A DNA stretch of 64,000 nt from assembly GCF_006345805.1 (NCBI RefSeq), contig NC_042999.1:7874001-7938000 (forward strand). Direction: 5' to 3'. The position numbers and the translations under genes were made by a program. Below are positions 24,333 through 38,007 of this stretch, one piece after another. This DNA comes from Octopus sinensis. Lineage: Eukaryota. The notes beneath the pieces are model-generated. The model ran no database searches. It had not been told where the DNA came from and worked only from the letters and a program-made list of their open reading frames with translations. How positions within the stretch are numbered: the stretch's first letter is position 1; each line of letters begins with the position of its first letter.

Positions 24333-25294
24333 TTCTGTGCATTTGGTGATGTAATTTGCACTTGAATAGGGAGAGACTCAGTCTGTATGAATGAAATATT
24401 GAAAATGTGTTTCACTTGAGATTGTGAAACTGGTGTGAATGCTGTCATCCTCCACATAATCACCACCACCGCCACCACCACCACCGCCACCTCCTCCACC
24501 ACAACCACCACCTCCTCCACCACAACAACCACCTTCACCGCCACCACCACCACCACCACCACCACCACCACCAACAACAACAACAATGCCACCACCACCA
24601 CCACCACCACTACCACTACTGCCAGCAACAGCAACCAGCTTCACCTGTCACCTACTCCCCTTCTCTGAAACACCCTTTGACTATGTGCACCACTACCACC
24701 ATCAACAACAACAACAATGCCCCCCCCCCCGCTGACCCCCCACCGTATCCCTTGCATGACTGTCGTTATAGATTTGCTATGACAAGGGATTAGTCATAGA
24801 TGATATTTTGTTCAAAGTAATCAGCCAATCGCTTTACAGCTAATCCCTACACTGACAGTTTGTTCCTTAACAACCCCTTTTGTACCTGGTGGCTGGAAAT
24901 AGCTTCTACAGGTTTTTAGGGAGTAGAAACAATTCACTGCGGTTCAGAAAGGATCTAATATTCAAATTAACCAGAATTTGTATCTTCACTGGCAAGGGCA
25001 GGGATCAACAGCTCCTGTGAGTAGAGTTTCATGTATCTGGGACTTTGTCCATTCAACTTGTTTATGATTTGATCTTTTGTGACTCTCATCCTTTCCATGT
25101 AGCTATTTCTCATGTTACTTCTATGTGTGTGTGTGTTTATAATACATACATATATACACATGTGTGCCACAGGCACATGCAAAATTGAATATCTGCATAC
25201 ACCCTCATTTTCCTTAAAAAAAACTTTAATTGGAACTATTAATTAAAAGAATTACTTAGAAGTATTATTGAGCAATATTGTTTAACACACATTC

Positions 25295-25686
25295 TTTTAT
25301 TTGTTTCACTCATTTGACTGCAGTCATGCTGGAGCACCACCTTTTAGTCAAACAAATCGACCCCAGGACTTATTCTTTGTAAATTCAGTAATTATTCTAT
25401 CGGACTTTTTTACCGAACTGCTAAGTGACAGGGACGTAAACACACCATCATCGGTTGTCAAGTGATGGTGGAGGAGGGTTACAAATACAGACACAGAAAC
25501 ACACACACAAATACATACACACATATATACGACAGGCTTCTTTCAGTTTCCATGTACCAAACCCACTCACAGGGTTTTGGTCGACCCAAGGCTGTAGTAA
25601 ACGACACTTGCTCAAGGTGCCATGCAGTGGGACTGAACCTAGAACCATGTGGTAGGTAAGCAAGCTACTTACCACACAGCCACTCT
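25295..25686 (-). mobile_element. SINE family A
   Basis: Full reverse-strand copy. Confidence 0.85.
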
Positions 25687-26051
25687 TATTGTTACTATTT
25701 CCATATATATGTAATAAACACAGACAGTTTGTCTATTTATTGTAGAAATTAGAAGACTAAATGCTTCACCGTGGACAAATGTTTCGTCCCAGGCAGGAAA
25801 CTTCAGATTATTTATTCATCACTCTGTTTATCTATTATTTCTCCTCCTATCTTTCTTTTTCTACCCCACTCTCTCTCTCCTTCTTTTCTCACCCCATTTA
25901 TCTCCATCCATCATTCTGTCTGTTCTTCTAATTTTCCCTGTATTTATATATTTCCATGTATTTTTATCTGTCGCCTCCTTTTACCCTATTTCTGTATTTC
26001 CTCATTTTTTTCTTTTCCAGGTTTGATTGAGTCGGAAATTACAGCACACCT

Positions 26052-26138
26052 ATGTCGGGAAAGACCATATCTTTATGTTTCCTGTCGTTATGGTTCCTGG
26101 TGGGGCTAGTACACTGTTGGCCCCACGTCAAAGCAAAG
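26052..26138 (+). CDS. Probable first coding exon of a secreted or membrane protein: MSGKTISLCFLSLWFLVGLVHCWPHVKAK (exon 26021-26138, phase-0 donor)
   Basis: Strong acceptor TTTTTTCTTTTCCAG at 26006-26020, in-frame TGA upstream of ATG 26052, donor AAG|GTAGGC at 26138/26139, and a basic n-region plus hydrophobic core ending VHC. Product not recognised. Confidence 0.55.
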
Positions 26139-26179
26139 GTAGGCAGCACATTATCTACTTGAACTTTAGCACTTTTTCT

Positions 26180-26912
26180 AATTATCATCATCATCATCAC
26201 CAACTAGAGTAACCGACATTATCATCACTGTTATTGTTGTCATCATCATCATCATCACACCACCACCACCACCGTCCTCATCATCATCATAATTTCCAAT
26301 TTATCGCCTCCAATCTTTTGACCTGCTACCCACCCATACCCCCACCCCACCTTCGTTACTCATACCAATGACAACAGCATCAACAACAACTACATCAGTA
26401 ACAGCAGCAACTAAAGCAGTAGTAACACCACCACCACCATGACCACCACTACCACCACAATCACCAACAACAACAACAATACCAACACCAGCAGTCTTAG
26501 CAGCAGTAGTAGCGGCAACAAGCAACATCCAAGCATCTAACATCATCACCACTGACCCATACCCCCCTACCGCCACCCCCACCGCCAATCGCCCACCACC
26601 ACCGCCATAGCTACATACAGCAACAGTGATATTGATCTCCTCATCTAACAGTTCACTGGTTGATCATGAACATCATCACCAATGTCATCATCACCACCAC
26701 CACCACCACCACCACCACCACCACCATCATCATCATCACCACCACCTCCACCACCACCACCACCACCACCACCACCATCATCATCATCACCACCATCACC
26801 ACCACCATCATCACCACCATCATCATCATCATCACAGTTGTCTTTATGTTAGTCCAACATTAACAGCAATATTATCCCCAGGACTAACACCACCACCACC
26901 ACCACCATCTCT

Positions 26913-26945
<33 letters not shown>

Positions 26946-26950
26946 GGCAT
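26180..26950. repeat. (CAT)n/(CAC)n/(CAA)n trinucleotide mosaic
   Basis: Directly visible. Confidence 0.9.
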
Positions 26951-27133
26951 AACAATATAGCAGAACATTAGTAATGAAATATTTTAATATTTCATTCTTT
27001 CATCATAAAAAAAAAGGCCTCAACCCCCGCCACCCCCCACTACTCCCCCCTCCTTCGTGGACAGTTGCTCTTTTTGTTTTTTCTTTTTTAAACTGGTTTT
27101 ACATTGTTTTGCACTTTGATGAGATTGAAAGCG

Positions 27134-27141
27134 TTCTTCTT

Positions 27142-27173
<32 letters not shown>

Positions 27174-27256
27174 TCTTCTTCTTCTTCTTCTTATCCTCTT
27201 CTTCTTCTTCTTCTTCTTCTTCTTCTTCTTCTTCTTCTTCTTCTTCTTCTCCTTCT
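27134..27256. repeat. (CTT)n polypyrimidine tract
   Basis: Directly visible. Confidence 0.95.
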
Positions 27257-28244
27257 TTTTGTTGTTTTTCTCCACTGTCTCTTTTTTTTATTCTTTTATA
27301 GTTATTTTTTAGCGTTATGTTTTATAGACTTAACAACCCTCCTATCCTCCACCTCCTACTACCACAATACTCTCACCACCACCACCACAAACAACAACAA
27401 CAACAACAACAACAAACAAATGCAACATCAACCAGGGGCACCTATTACCTACCCCCTTGTCACTCAAATATGCCACCACCTTCTTCACCAACTCCACTAT
27501 CACCCCAAGGACCTGGAACCAGGGGATCATGGCAGTCACTAAAATAAAGTACCAGTTAACTACTGGGGCTGATGTAATCATTGTACCCTCACTCACTAAA
27601 ACTGCTGGCTTTCTGCCAAATATGGAACCACTTTGTGGTCATTTGCCTTGCAAGAAATAGAAACCAAATCCCTCTTAAATCACACTACTGTCTAAATAAA
27701 CATCACGTTGGATCAGGTAATTTTGAATTCAGACAGGATGGTCATGGGTGGAATGCCTTTAATCATAGATCAGCTCCAGCTTGATTAGGGATTACCTGGG
27801 GCTAAACAACATCAACAGCCAACAGCAAACCACCATCAAGGAAGTGTGTAGTGGTCACATAAGCTGCTAGAAATTGAAGCCAAACCTCGCCCAAATCACA
27901 GTCTACCAACTTATTATGAATTTGGACAGGGTGGTCATGGGTAGAACTAAATCCCAATAACAACAATAACACCACCCCCCATCCCACCTACAACCACATG
28001 CTCTATTGATATTTGGATTGTCATTGTTTAATCTCTGTGATTGGCTGAGCTTGCTTGCAGATTGGCTGGTCTGGCAGGCTGGTTGGTTGAACAGTGGTCA
28101 TAGCAGTGGAGAGGTTGCTAAGCAACAGGTACCATAATGAATAATAACAGGAACAGAGTGCGGCTGCTGTTAGGAGGCTGTGACTGATGCTCTCTGGGAT
28201 GATGCGGATGATGTATGACCTGAGCTGCTGTGTGGGATAACAGC

Positions 28245-28930
<686 letters not shown>

Positions 28931-28934
28931 ATTT

Positions 28935-29265
28935 TATTTATTTGCCCCAAGGCCAAAAGATGATAGGGATGATACAAAGACAGATGTAAAGTGTAGGGGT
29001 TTTACATAAAATGAAATGATAAAAAAAGGAAAGAAATAAAGAAATTAAAGTATCCACTGAAAAAGAAGGGACATATGCATAGCAAACAAAGGTTTAAAAA
29101 AAGTGGTGGGGAAGATGATAGAGATGTGGCCCTCCTGATACAGGAAGGCCTCTAGGAATAACTGAGGAACCCACAGTCCACGATTTCCCTGAAACTCCAG
29201 GAGTAAGCGCACTCTCCAAGTCACAGGTTTACACTTAGAGAGCTATTGTCTGCTCTGGCCATTTT
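28935..29265 (-). mobile_element. Possible L1/Tx1-like 3' end (stop, pyrimidine-rich 3' UTR, AATAAA)
   Basis: Short terminal peptide VKMARADNSSLSVNL*, then a UTR ending GGGGCAAATAAATAAAA. Weak assignment. Confidence 0.3.
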
Positions 29266-29268
29266 CAC

Positions 29269-29580
29269 AAACTTTCAAAATACAAAAGCCTGGAAATTGA
29301 GGGAACTCGAATGTGGAGCCTAAAAACAGAAACAATTCCTATCATAGTAGGCGCATTAGGTATGATGAGAAAACAATATTCAGACAAATACATAACAAAA
29401 ACATCAGGACTAACAAATATATATAACATACAGAAAATTGCACTACGGGGCACTGCACACATCCTACGCAGAACACTTTCAATACAGTAACCATCAGAGC
29501 ACCACAGCAAACCACAGCAAACCACAGCACATACCCAAGGCACACAGAACAGTGAAAGCAAGCGATAAAAATAAACTACT
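29269..29580 (+). mobile_element. R4/Dong-clade non-LTR element, restriction-like endonuclease C-terminus plus 3' UTR
   Basis: KLSKYKSLEIE...MWSLKTETIPIIVGALG...IQKIALRGTAHILRRTL*, ending in an (AAT)n tract. Confidence 0.8.
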
Positions 29581-29959
29581 GAATAATGATAATAATAATA
29601 ATAATAATATAATAATAATGAATAATAATAATAATAATACTTTATTCTTTATGGTCACACCAACAAGAACAAGAACAAGGCACACAGAACAGTGAAAGCA
29701 TGTGATAAAATAACACTATGAAAATGATAATAATAATATAATAATAATAATTAATAATGATAATAATATAAAATAATACTTTCTTTTATTGGTCACAACA
29801 ACAAGAACAAGAACAAGGCACACAGAACAGTGAAAGCATGTGATAAAAATAAGACTACTGAATAATGATAATAATAATAATAATAATAATAATGATAATA
29901 ATAATAATAATAATACTTTCTTTTATTGGTCACAACAACAAGAACAAGAACAAGGGGTG

Positions 29960-30140
29960 AAATTTGGGGAGAGGGATAGTTGATTACATCAACTCCAGTA
30001 CACGACTGGTACATATTTTATCGAACCCAAAAAGGATGAAGAGGAAAGTTGACTTCGGTGGAAATTGAACTCAGAACATAAAAACAATTGAAACGCCACT
30101 TAGCATATTGCCTGGTGTTCTAATGATTCTACCAGCTCTC
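29960..30140 (-). mobile_element. SINE family B, diverged
   Basis: GATTACATCAACTCCAGT...GGATGAAG...GAACTCAGAAC...CCAGCTC. Confidence 0.7.
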
Positions 30141-30167
30141 CTCAGTTAATAATATTAATAATGATAA

Positions 30168-30560
30168 TCCCTATATATATAAAGCTGAAGTTGCCTGCGT
30201 ATGGCAGGTTTGGTAGCCTTCAACTAACACTATCTCTTCCGAGACCCTGCGGCGCAAGTTGACCAAAATTGAGAGTATGATAGAAGAAGGCTTGCTCTTC
30301 CTTCCGTAGAAGAAAAAAATTCAGATCAGACCATGGTAACACCAAAAATTGTTTACATCAAAAAGGTGCTTTTTTTCTATGAAAATCCCTATTTTTTACG
30401 CTTTTTTCACTGCTGTGTTGCCTTTTTTTGGTGTATTTCAACCAGAAAAATGTTCACTTAAAGAGAATAACAAGCTACATAATACAAAATTTTTACTTTT
30501 CAAAAATTCCAATTCTAAAGGGTCGAAACAAATCCAAGCAACGCCGGGCGATACAGCTAG
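30168..30560 (+). mobile_element. Non-autonomous Helitron-like element, 393 bp
   Basis: A|TC start, CTAG|T end, GC-rich palindrome CGCCGGGCG near the 3' end, no TSD, second copy of the same length. Confidence 0.75.
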
Positions 30561-31296
30561 TAATAGTAATAATAATAGTGATGATGATGATGATGATGAT
30601 GATTTCTTTAATAAGCAGAAAGGGTTGACATTAAGGAAATCATTAAGGATGGCAGAGAAACGCAGAGCTGTCGGCAGGGGCTGTGATGCTGCGATGTCGT
30701 TGGAGGGGATTTCCATAAAGATGGATAGGAATCGGTTTTATAGATGGACAGAGATGGAGAGAAGGGTAGGGAGAAGAGAAGAGAGGGAGAGCAAATAATG
30801 GGTTGAGAATATACTTGTTGCCTAGGAAACTTGGGAAAAGGAAAGGGGGGGGGGCACTAATATTCACAGCCGCAGCAACGGCAGCAGCAGCAGCAGCAGC
30901 AGTAGCAGCAGCACTGTGTTATACCATGAACAGGGGAAGCGAACATAGGGCTTTTGTAAGGTGTGGGGGGGGAGTAAGTGGCAGGAGGAGGAGGTGGAGG
31001 TGAGGATATTGTTGCTATAGAAACTGACTAGTAAACATCGGTTGTATTTAGAGGCATGACTAAGCATCCTAGATTCATCACCCGCTTCATTATAATTAGC
31101 ATCATCATCATCATCATCGTTGTCATCATCATTGTTGTCATCGTCATCATTCTGATCACTATCGACGTCAACATTAATATCATCATCGCCACCACCACCA
31201 CCACCACCACCACCGTCCCATCATCACCACCACCACTGCCACCACCATAACATTGTCTTCCACATGATAGTGATGATGATGATGATGATTATGATT

Positions 31297-31359
<63 letters not shown>

Positions 31360-31515
31360 ATGATGATGATGATGATTACACATCCTTTGTACTCTTCAGT
31401 ATATATGTGTTCATGTGTGTGTGTGTGTGTGGAGGGGGGAACGAATGACCAGAGTCACAAACTCTGAGTAGCAACAACCTGTCTCGGGTATTAATATAGA
31501 TATGTGTGTGTGTAA

Positions 31516-31850
31516 GGGGTGAGCTGGCAGAATGGTTAGCACACTGGGTGAAATGTCTTTACAGTATTTTGCTTCTCTTTATGTTCTAGGTTCAAATCTC
31601 ACTGAGGTCGACATTACATTTTCAGCCTTTCGGGGTCGGTGAAATAACTACCTATTTCTTTATTACCCACAAGGGGGCTAAACATAGAGGGGACAAACAA
31701 GTACAGACAAATGGTACTTAATTTATCGACCCCAAAACGATGAAAGGTAAAGTTGACCTCGGCGGAATTTGAACTCAGAACACAGTGGCAGACGAAATAC
31801 CACAAAGCATTTCACCTGGCATGCTAACGTTTCTGCCAGCTCGCCGCCTA
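31516..31850. mobile_element. Two family B SINEs in inverted orientation (plus 31516-31645, minus 31650-31850)
   Basis: A plus-strand 5' part is followed by a reverse-strand copy. Confidence 0.8.
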
Positions 31851-31978
31851 TTGAAGAAATAACTATCAGTTGATACAGGGGTCAATATCATCGACTTATC
31901 TTCGTACCCTGGAGTTGCTGGCCTTGTGCAAAAATTTGAAACCGATGTATGAATGTGCATGTGCGTAAGCGTATACTG

Positions 31979-32363
31979 TGGACGCGCAATGGCCCAGTGG
32001 TTAAGGCAGCGGACTCACGGTCATAGGATCGCGGTTTCGATTCCCAGACCGGGCGTTGTGAGTGTTTATTGAGCGAAAACACCTAAAAGCCCCACGAGGC
32101 TCCGGCAGGGGATGGTGGTGATCCCTGCTGTACTCTTTCACCACAACTTTCTCTCACTCTTTCTTCCTGTTTCTGTTGTACCTGTATTTCAAAGGGCTGG
32201 CCTTGTCACTCTCTGTGTCACGCTGAATATCCCCGAGAATTACGTTAAGGGTACACGTGTCTGTGGAGTGCTCAGCCACTTACACGTTAATTTCACGAGC
32301 AGGCTGTTCCGTTGATTCGGATCAACCGGAACCCTCGTCATCGTAACCGACGGAGTGCTTCCA
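31979..32363 (+). mobile_element. tRNA-derived SINE family E
   Basis: A box TGGCCCAGTGG, B box GTTTCGATTCCC. Same head at 32596 with a different tail, same tail at 8396-8552. Confidence 0.85.
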
Positions 32364-32595
32364 TTCCCATGCATATACTGGTGCTTCTGTTATATTTGGA
32401 AGTTAGCATACGTGTGAAAAGGCATTCAATAAATCATTTTTTGCCTAAAATATGAATACTGAAAAACAAATACATGTAAATGCATACAGACACACAGACA
32501 GACATTAAGACAGACATACACATACACACACGCACACACACACATACATGCACACACACACACACCCATATATATATACATATATATACATATGT

Positions 32596-32900
32596 GGAGG
32601 CGCAATGGCCCAGTGGTTAGGGCAGCGGACTCACAGTTGGAGGAATGCGGTTTCAATTCCCAGACCGGGCGTTGTGTGTGTTTATTGAGCGAAAACACCT
32701 AAAAGCTCCAAGAAGCTCTGGCAGGGGGTGGTGTCGACCCCTGTTGTACTCTTTCACCCCAACTTTTTCTCACTCTCTCTTCCTGTTTCTTGAGTAACAC
32801 TGTGATGGCCTGGCTTGGGGGAACACATATACCATAGAAACCGGGAAATCAGACCCATGAGCCTAGCTAGGCTTGTCAAGAGCACCTAAATAAATAAAAA
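32596..32900 (+). mobile_element. SINE family E, variant tail
   Basis: Colinear with 31979 up to CTTCCTGTTTCT, then diverges and ends in TAAATAAATAAAAA. Confidence 0.75.
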
Positions 32901-33262
32901 TATATACATATATAAACATGCCTGTGTATATATACATGTATACATATACATATATATGTGTTATACTAATACATCTGTTTGTTTTGTACACCACCTCTCT
33001 TCGTCTTTTGTTTTTTTCGTAAACTCTCCCTATATATATATATATATATATATAAAACGTTCAAAATGTGGAGTAGATAAAACAGGGGACAACCGATGAA
33101 GGGATTGTTCTTTATGTTGCCTCTCTGGTTTCTCTGTTTGTTTCTTTCGTTGTTTGAAACATTTTTTTGTTTTTTATGTTCTCATTTTTCATGTTGTTCA
33201 CGTTTTTTTGACGTCCTGTACCCATATACGCATGTGTATATACATATGTAGGTATATATATA

Positions 33263-33530
33263 TCATCATCATCATCGTTTAACGTCCATTTTCCATGCTA
33301 GCATGGGTTGGAAGGTTCGACTGGGGTCTGGGAAGCCAGAAGGCTGCACCAGGCCCAGTCTGATCTGGCAATGTTTCTACGGCTGGATGCCCTTCTTAAC
33401 GCCAACCACTCTGTGAGTGTAGTGGGTGCTTTTTACGTGCCACCGGCACGGAGGCCAGTCGGGGCGGCGCTGGCAATGGCCTCAGTCGGATGGTTCTCTT
33501 ATGTGCCACCGGCACTGGTATCACAGCTAC
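33263..33530 (-). mobile_element. Repeat family C
   Basis: (CAT)n-CGTTTAACGTCC...GGATGCCCTTC. Confidence 0.85.
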
Positions 33531-33650
33531 AATTTCCATTCATGTTGATCGATTTTGATTTTTTGATTTTGATTTTTTGATTTATATACATGTATATATG
33601 CGTGCATATATATATATATATATATATATGTATTATTGATAATATATATA

Positions 33651-33845
33651 TTATGGCCATATCACGTTGAAAGCACCGGTTCTTGGCCGATCACCGAAGT
33701 TAAGCAACATCGAGCCTAGTTAGTACTTAGATGGGTGACCGCTTGGGAAACCTAGGTGCCGTAAGCATTCCATTATTTGAACGGTGGTGCCCCAGCATGG
33801 CCACAGCTCGTGAGCTGAAACTAGATAAAATGATAAAAAAAAATG
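33651..33845 (+). mobile_element. 5S rRNA-derived SINE (SINE3-like): decayed near-full-length 5S copy (33651-33769) plus LINE-derived tail
   Basis: TTATGGCCATATCACGTTGAAAGCACCGGTTC...GATCACCGAAGTTAAGCAAC...TAGTACTTAGATGGGTGACCGC...GTAAGCA follows the 5S rRNA sequence with several CpG-type transitions. 33791-33826 is identical to 45804-45839. Confidence 0.85.
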
Positions 33846-33983
33846 ATTATTTATATATATATATATATGGTTTTTCTGGGAGTCCCTTTTTAAAGTAGAA
33901 GAAATAGCTAACGTTTTTTTGGCTGCTATTTCTAAACTTTGGTATGTGGTAAAGCAAATCTTTGCTAAACCCTTATTATTAAG

Positions 33984-34067
<84 letters not shown>

Positions 34068-35116
34068 ATATGTGCAGTCATACATACATACATGCAGACA
34101 CAGGTACATGCATACATAATAGACACATACATACATGCATAAATGTAGACATACATGTGTATATATATATGCAAAGAGTAAAGTTGGGGTATGTATGTGT
34201 AACTGCAAGATCTCGCACTCCCTTACTTGGTGTAATGATTTCACTGTATACATCACGTGACCAGTGACTCATCAATGCTTGCTTTACAAACCCCATAGAT
34301 CTGTCCATACAGAAAAACATTGATTGGGTCACTGATATGGTAGATAACATGACACGCTATATATATCTTATATATATATATATATATAATTAATATATAT
34401 ATATATAAACATACACACACAACACAACTCCACACACACACACACACACATAATATATAGATATAATACATATATATATATATATACATGTAGACATGTA
34501 GCTATAGACAGATTAATAGATATCATACACATGTACACATTATTTACCACACACGCACACACGTCTAATAAATATATTTACATGAATATGTGTGTGTGTG
34601 TGTGTGTGTACACAGTAGATACATATGTTTATTCATACATTTATACATACATACATACACACATATATATATATATATATATATGTATATTATATATATA
34701 TGTATATATATATATACATACATGTTTGTATGTATGTATATTAGGAGGGGTATTTTCGTGTGTGTCTGTGTATATGCACAGATAAATATACGCTTACAGA
34801 AATGTGGGCCATAGAATACGGGACAGACGTAAACAATATACTTTAATTAATGAATAATAATTAAAAGCTTTAGTAATGTGAAAAAGGATTTTCAAAATAA
34901 TTAATTTGAGTAACAACAAAAAAAAAAAATTACAAAACAAAGATTCACAGAAGGTAATAGATGACGATCTGAAGGTTTTAATTAATGAAAATGAATTATG
35001 TAACGGATATAATGTCACCATGTTAATTTTTGCAGGTGTATCTGTGTGTGTGTATGTTTGTGTGTGTGTGTGTGTCTGTTTGTGTGTGTGTGTGTGTGTG
35101 TGCATGTATGCCTGCA

Positions 35117-35151
<35 letters not shown>

Positions 35152-36009
35152 TTCATATATATATATGCGCAAATATCTATATATATATATATAAAAATAT
35201 ATATGAATGTATTTGTATATATGTATGTGTGCATATATATAATATACATAAACACATATATATCTATACACACACATATATTTATTTATAAATATGTATA
35301 CAAATACACACACAAATATATATATACATATATACATATAAACACACAGAGATATATGAATACACACACACACACATGTATATATATATATATATATATA
35401 TATATGCAAACAAACACACATACCACACGTTCATGTTTATGTATACCTATGTATGCATATATATGTGTGTGTATATATTTGTACATGTGTGTATGCATAT
35501 ATATATTATATATATATATATACTTGGAAATGGATGCGTGGCATTCAATCAAATAATATAAATAATTTATATGTATACATATATGTATGTATATATATAT
35601 ACATATATATATGTATATATATACACACATCCATGTATATATACAGAACATCAACCGACGAAGTGCCACAACATATACTAGTTATAAATTTGCTTAGGCA
35701 TTGTAATATTAGTAAGCTACCGTTAGAACTTAGTATATGTATGGTTTCAAGTAAAGTGATTGGCCAGTACAAAGTATAATATTAATTAATGAATGACAAA
35801 AGAACAAAACTCAATTAATGCACTTCACTGGCTTACAGCTGTTTCTGCTATAAGAAGCTCGGTGTATCTGTGTGGTTAAGTAGTTTATTTGCATCATCTC
35901 CACTCCTATTTTTCCGTCTCAGACTTTCACTGAGCATCAATCTTATAAATTCACTATGTAGTCCAGTTGACTTTTGTTGTGTTTTTTCCTGTTTTTTATT
36001 TGCCTGTGA

Positions 36010-36282
36010 AAGTGCATGGCTCAGTGGTTAGAGCGTTGAGCTTACCATTGCGAGGTTGTGAGTTCGATTCCCGGACTGGGCTGCGTTTTGTGTTCTTGAG
36101 CAAGACACTTTATTTCATGTTGCTCCAGTTAACTCAGCTGTACAAATGAGTGGGGAGGTGGGGCTGGTATGCATGGGTGACTGGCCTTCCACAAACAACC
36201 TTGCTCGGACCTGTGTGCCTGGGAGGGTAACTTTCTAGATGCAATCCCATGGTCAGTCATGACTGAAGGGGGTTTCCTCCTC
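36010..36282 (+). mobile_element. tRNA-derived SINE family D
   Basis: A box TGGCTCAGTGG, B box GTTCGATTCCC, core GTGTTCTTGAGCAAGACACT. Other copies at 17045-17382 (-), 1535-1790 (-), 11435-11570 (+) and 49605-49712 (+). Confidence 0.85.
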
Positions 36283-36565
36283 TAAATATATATATATATA
36301 CACACATATCTATATATATACATACCTACATACATATGTATGTTTATATATATGTATAAGTATATATATATATGTATACATATATGAATGCATATATGTA
36401 TTGGTAGCCGCATACACACACAAATTCAGTTACTCACTTCATCCATTAAGATCATATCTTTATTTCAAGTTTAAAAAAATGTTTATATGCTACTTAAACA
36501 GCAGACTGATTGCCCTATCGATATGTATACATTTTTTATATGTACATATATACATATATATATAT

Positions 36566-36975
36566 ATCATCATCATCATCGCTTAACGTCCACTTTCCAT
36601 GCTAGCATGGGTTGGACGATTGACTGAAGGCTGGCAAACCAGATTGCTGCACCAAGCTTCAATCTTGGTCTGGCTGAGTTTCTAAAGCTGGATGCCCTTT
36701 CTAATGCCAACCACTCTGAGAGTGTAGTGGGTGCTTTTACGTGCCACTGGCACAGAGGCCACTTAGTCGCTCTGGCAATGATCATGCTCGGAATGTGCTC
36801 TTAATACCCTACTAGCACGGGGCTTGAGTGCCAGTAAGGCGATGCTGGTAACGATCAGGCTCGAATAGTGCCTCTTAAGTGCCACTGGCACGGAAGTCGT
36901 TTAGCTGCTCTGTCAACGATCACACTCGTATGGTACTCTTTGCACCCCGCTAGCACGGATGCCAGTCATCGAACT
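36566..36975 (-). mobile_element. Repeat family C with several internal ~65-bp units
   Basis: Tail and core followed by repeated GTGCCACTGGCAC units. Confidence 0.85.
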
Positions 36976-37041
36976 TGATTTATATATATATGTATTTAAT
37001 ATAAATATATATATATTTATAAATGTGTATATATTTATATA

Positions 37042-37089
<48 letters not shown>

Positions 37090-37097
37090 ATATATGT

Positions 37098-37347
37098 TAA
37101 AAGCACCATCCGTTTGTGGTCGTTTGCCAGCTCCGTTTGGCTCCTGTGCGGGTGGCACGTAAAAACACCCACTATACTTGCGGAGTGGTTGGCGTTAGAA
37201 GGGCATCCAGCTGTAGAAACATTGCCAGATAAGACCGGAGCCTGGTGCAGCCTTCTGGCTTCCCAGATCCCCGGTCGAACCGTCCAACCCATGCTAGCAT
37301 GGAAAACGGACGCTAAATGATGATGATGATGATGACGATGATGATGA
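37098..37347 (+). mobile_element. Repeat family C
   Basis: Core and (GAT)n tail. Confidence 0.85.
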
Positions 37348-37517
37348 TATATATATGCTTGTGTGTGTGTAGCTTGAATGTTAAACATGTCATGCGATAT
37401 ATGCCACATGGTTGTGATCAGGTTGATATCTCCTTCACCTATCAACAGTTCCAGTATGATGAGCAGCAATATCAATAATCATAATCTGTTTGTGAACTGA
37501 TCATATCCACAAACCAA

Positions 37518-37556
<39 letters not shown>

Positions 37557-37973
37557 CTCTCACACACACGCACAGACACTCACACAGACGTTTAAAACAC
37601 ACACACAGAGGCATACACAGACGCATACACACATATATATTATGCATGCATTAGGAAATTATGTATTGGATATTTTGCGATAAACGTTCATCTCGGAGGC
37701 CCAGATAACAACATGTACACTGCAGATATGTCTTGTGAAAAGATATTGGGTGATTGTGTATTTGTGTCTGTGTATGTGTGTGCGTATGTGTGTGTATGTA
37801 AATATATATATGCATATATATGCATCAGTTTCCTAGTATGTATGTATGTTATCTTGTGTCCGTGTAAATATGAGAGATAGCATGTATGGATTCCTCTGTG
37901 TGTGTGTATGTATGTATATATATATGTATGTATGAATATATATATTATACTAATAAATAGATAAATAAATAAA

Positions 37974-38007
<34 letters not shown>

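Noticed and set aside
24308-24668. Gly-rich, Val-rich and Thr-rich ORFs
   Set aside because: (CCA)n microsatellite open in several frames, with no supporting splice sites.
26626-26952. Poly-His ORF
   Set aside because: (CAT)/(CAC) repeat just inside the putative intron, not in frame with any supported exon.
31979-32050. tRNA genes at SINE heads (also 36010 and 11871)
   Set aside because: A and B boxes are present but there is no closed cloverleaf, and each continues into a repeated SINE body.
33651-33769. Functional 5S rRNA gene
   Set aside because: First bases missing, several CpG-type substitutions in helices, no oligo-T terminator, and followed by a LINE-derived tail.
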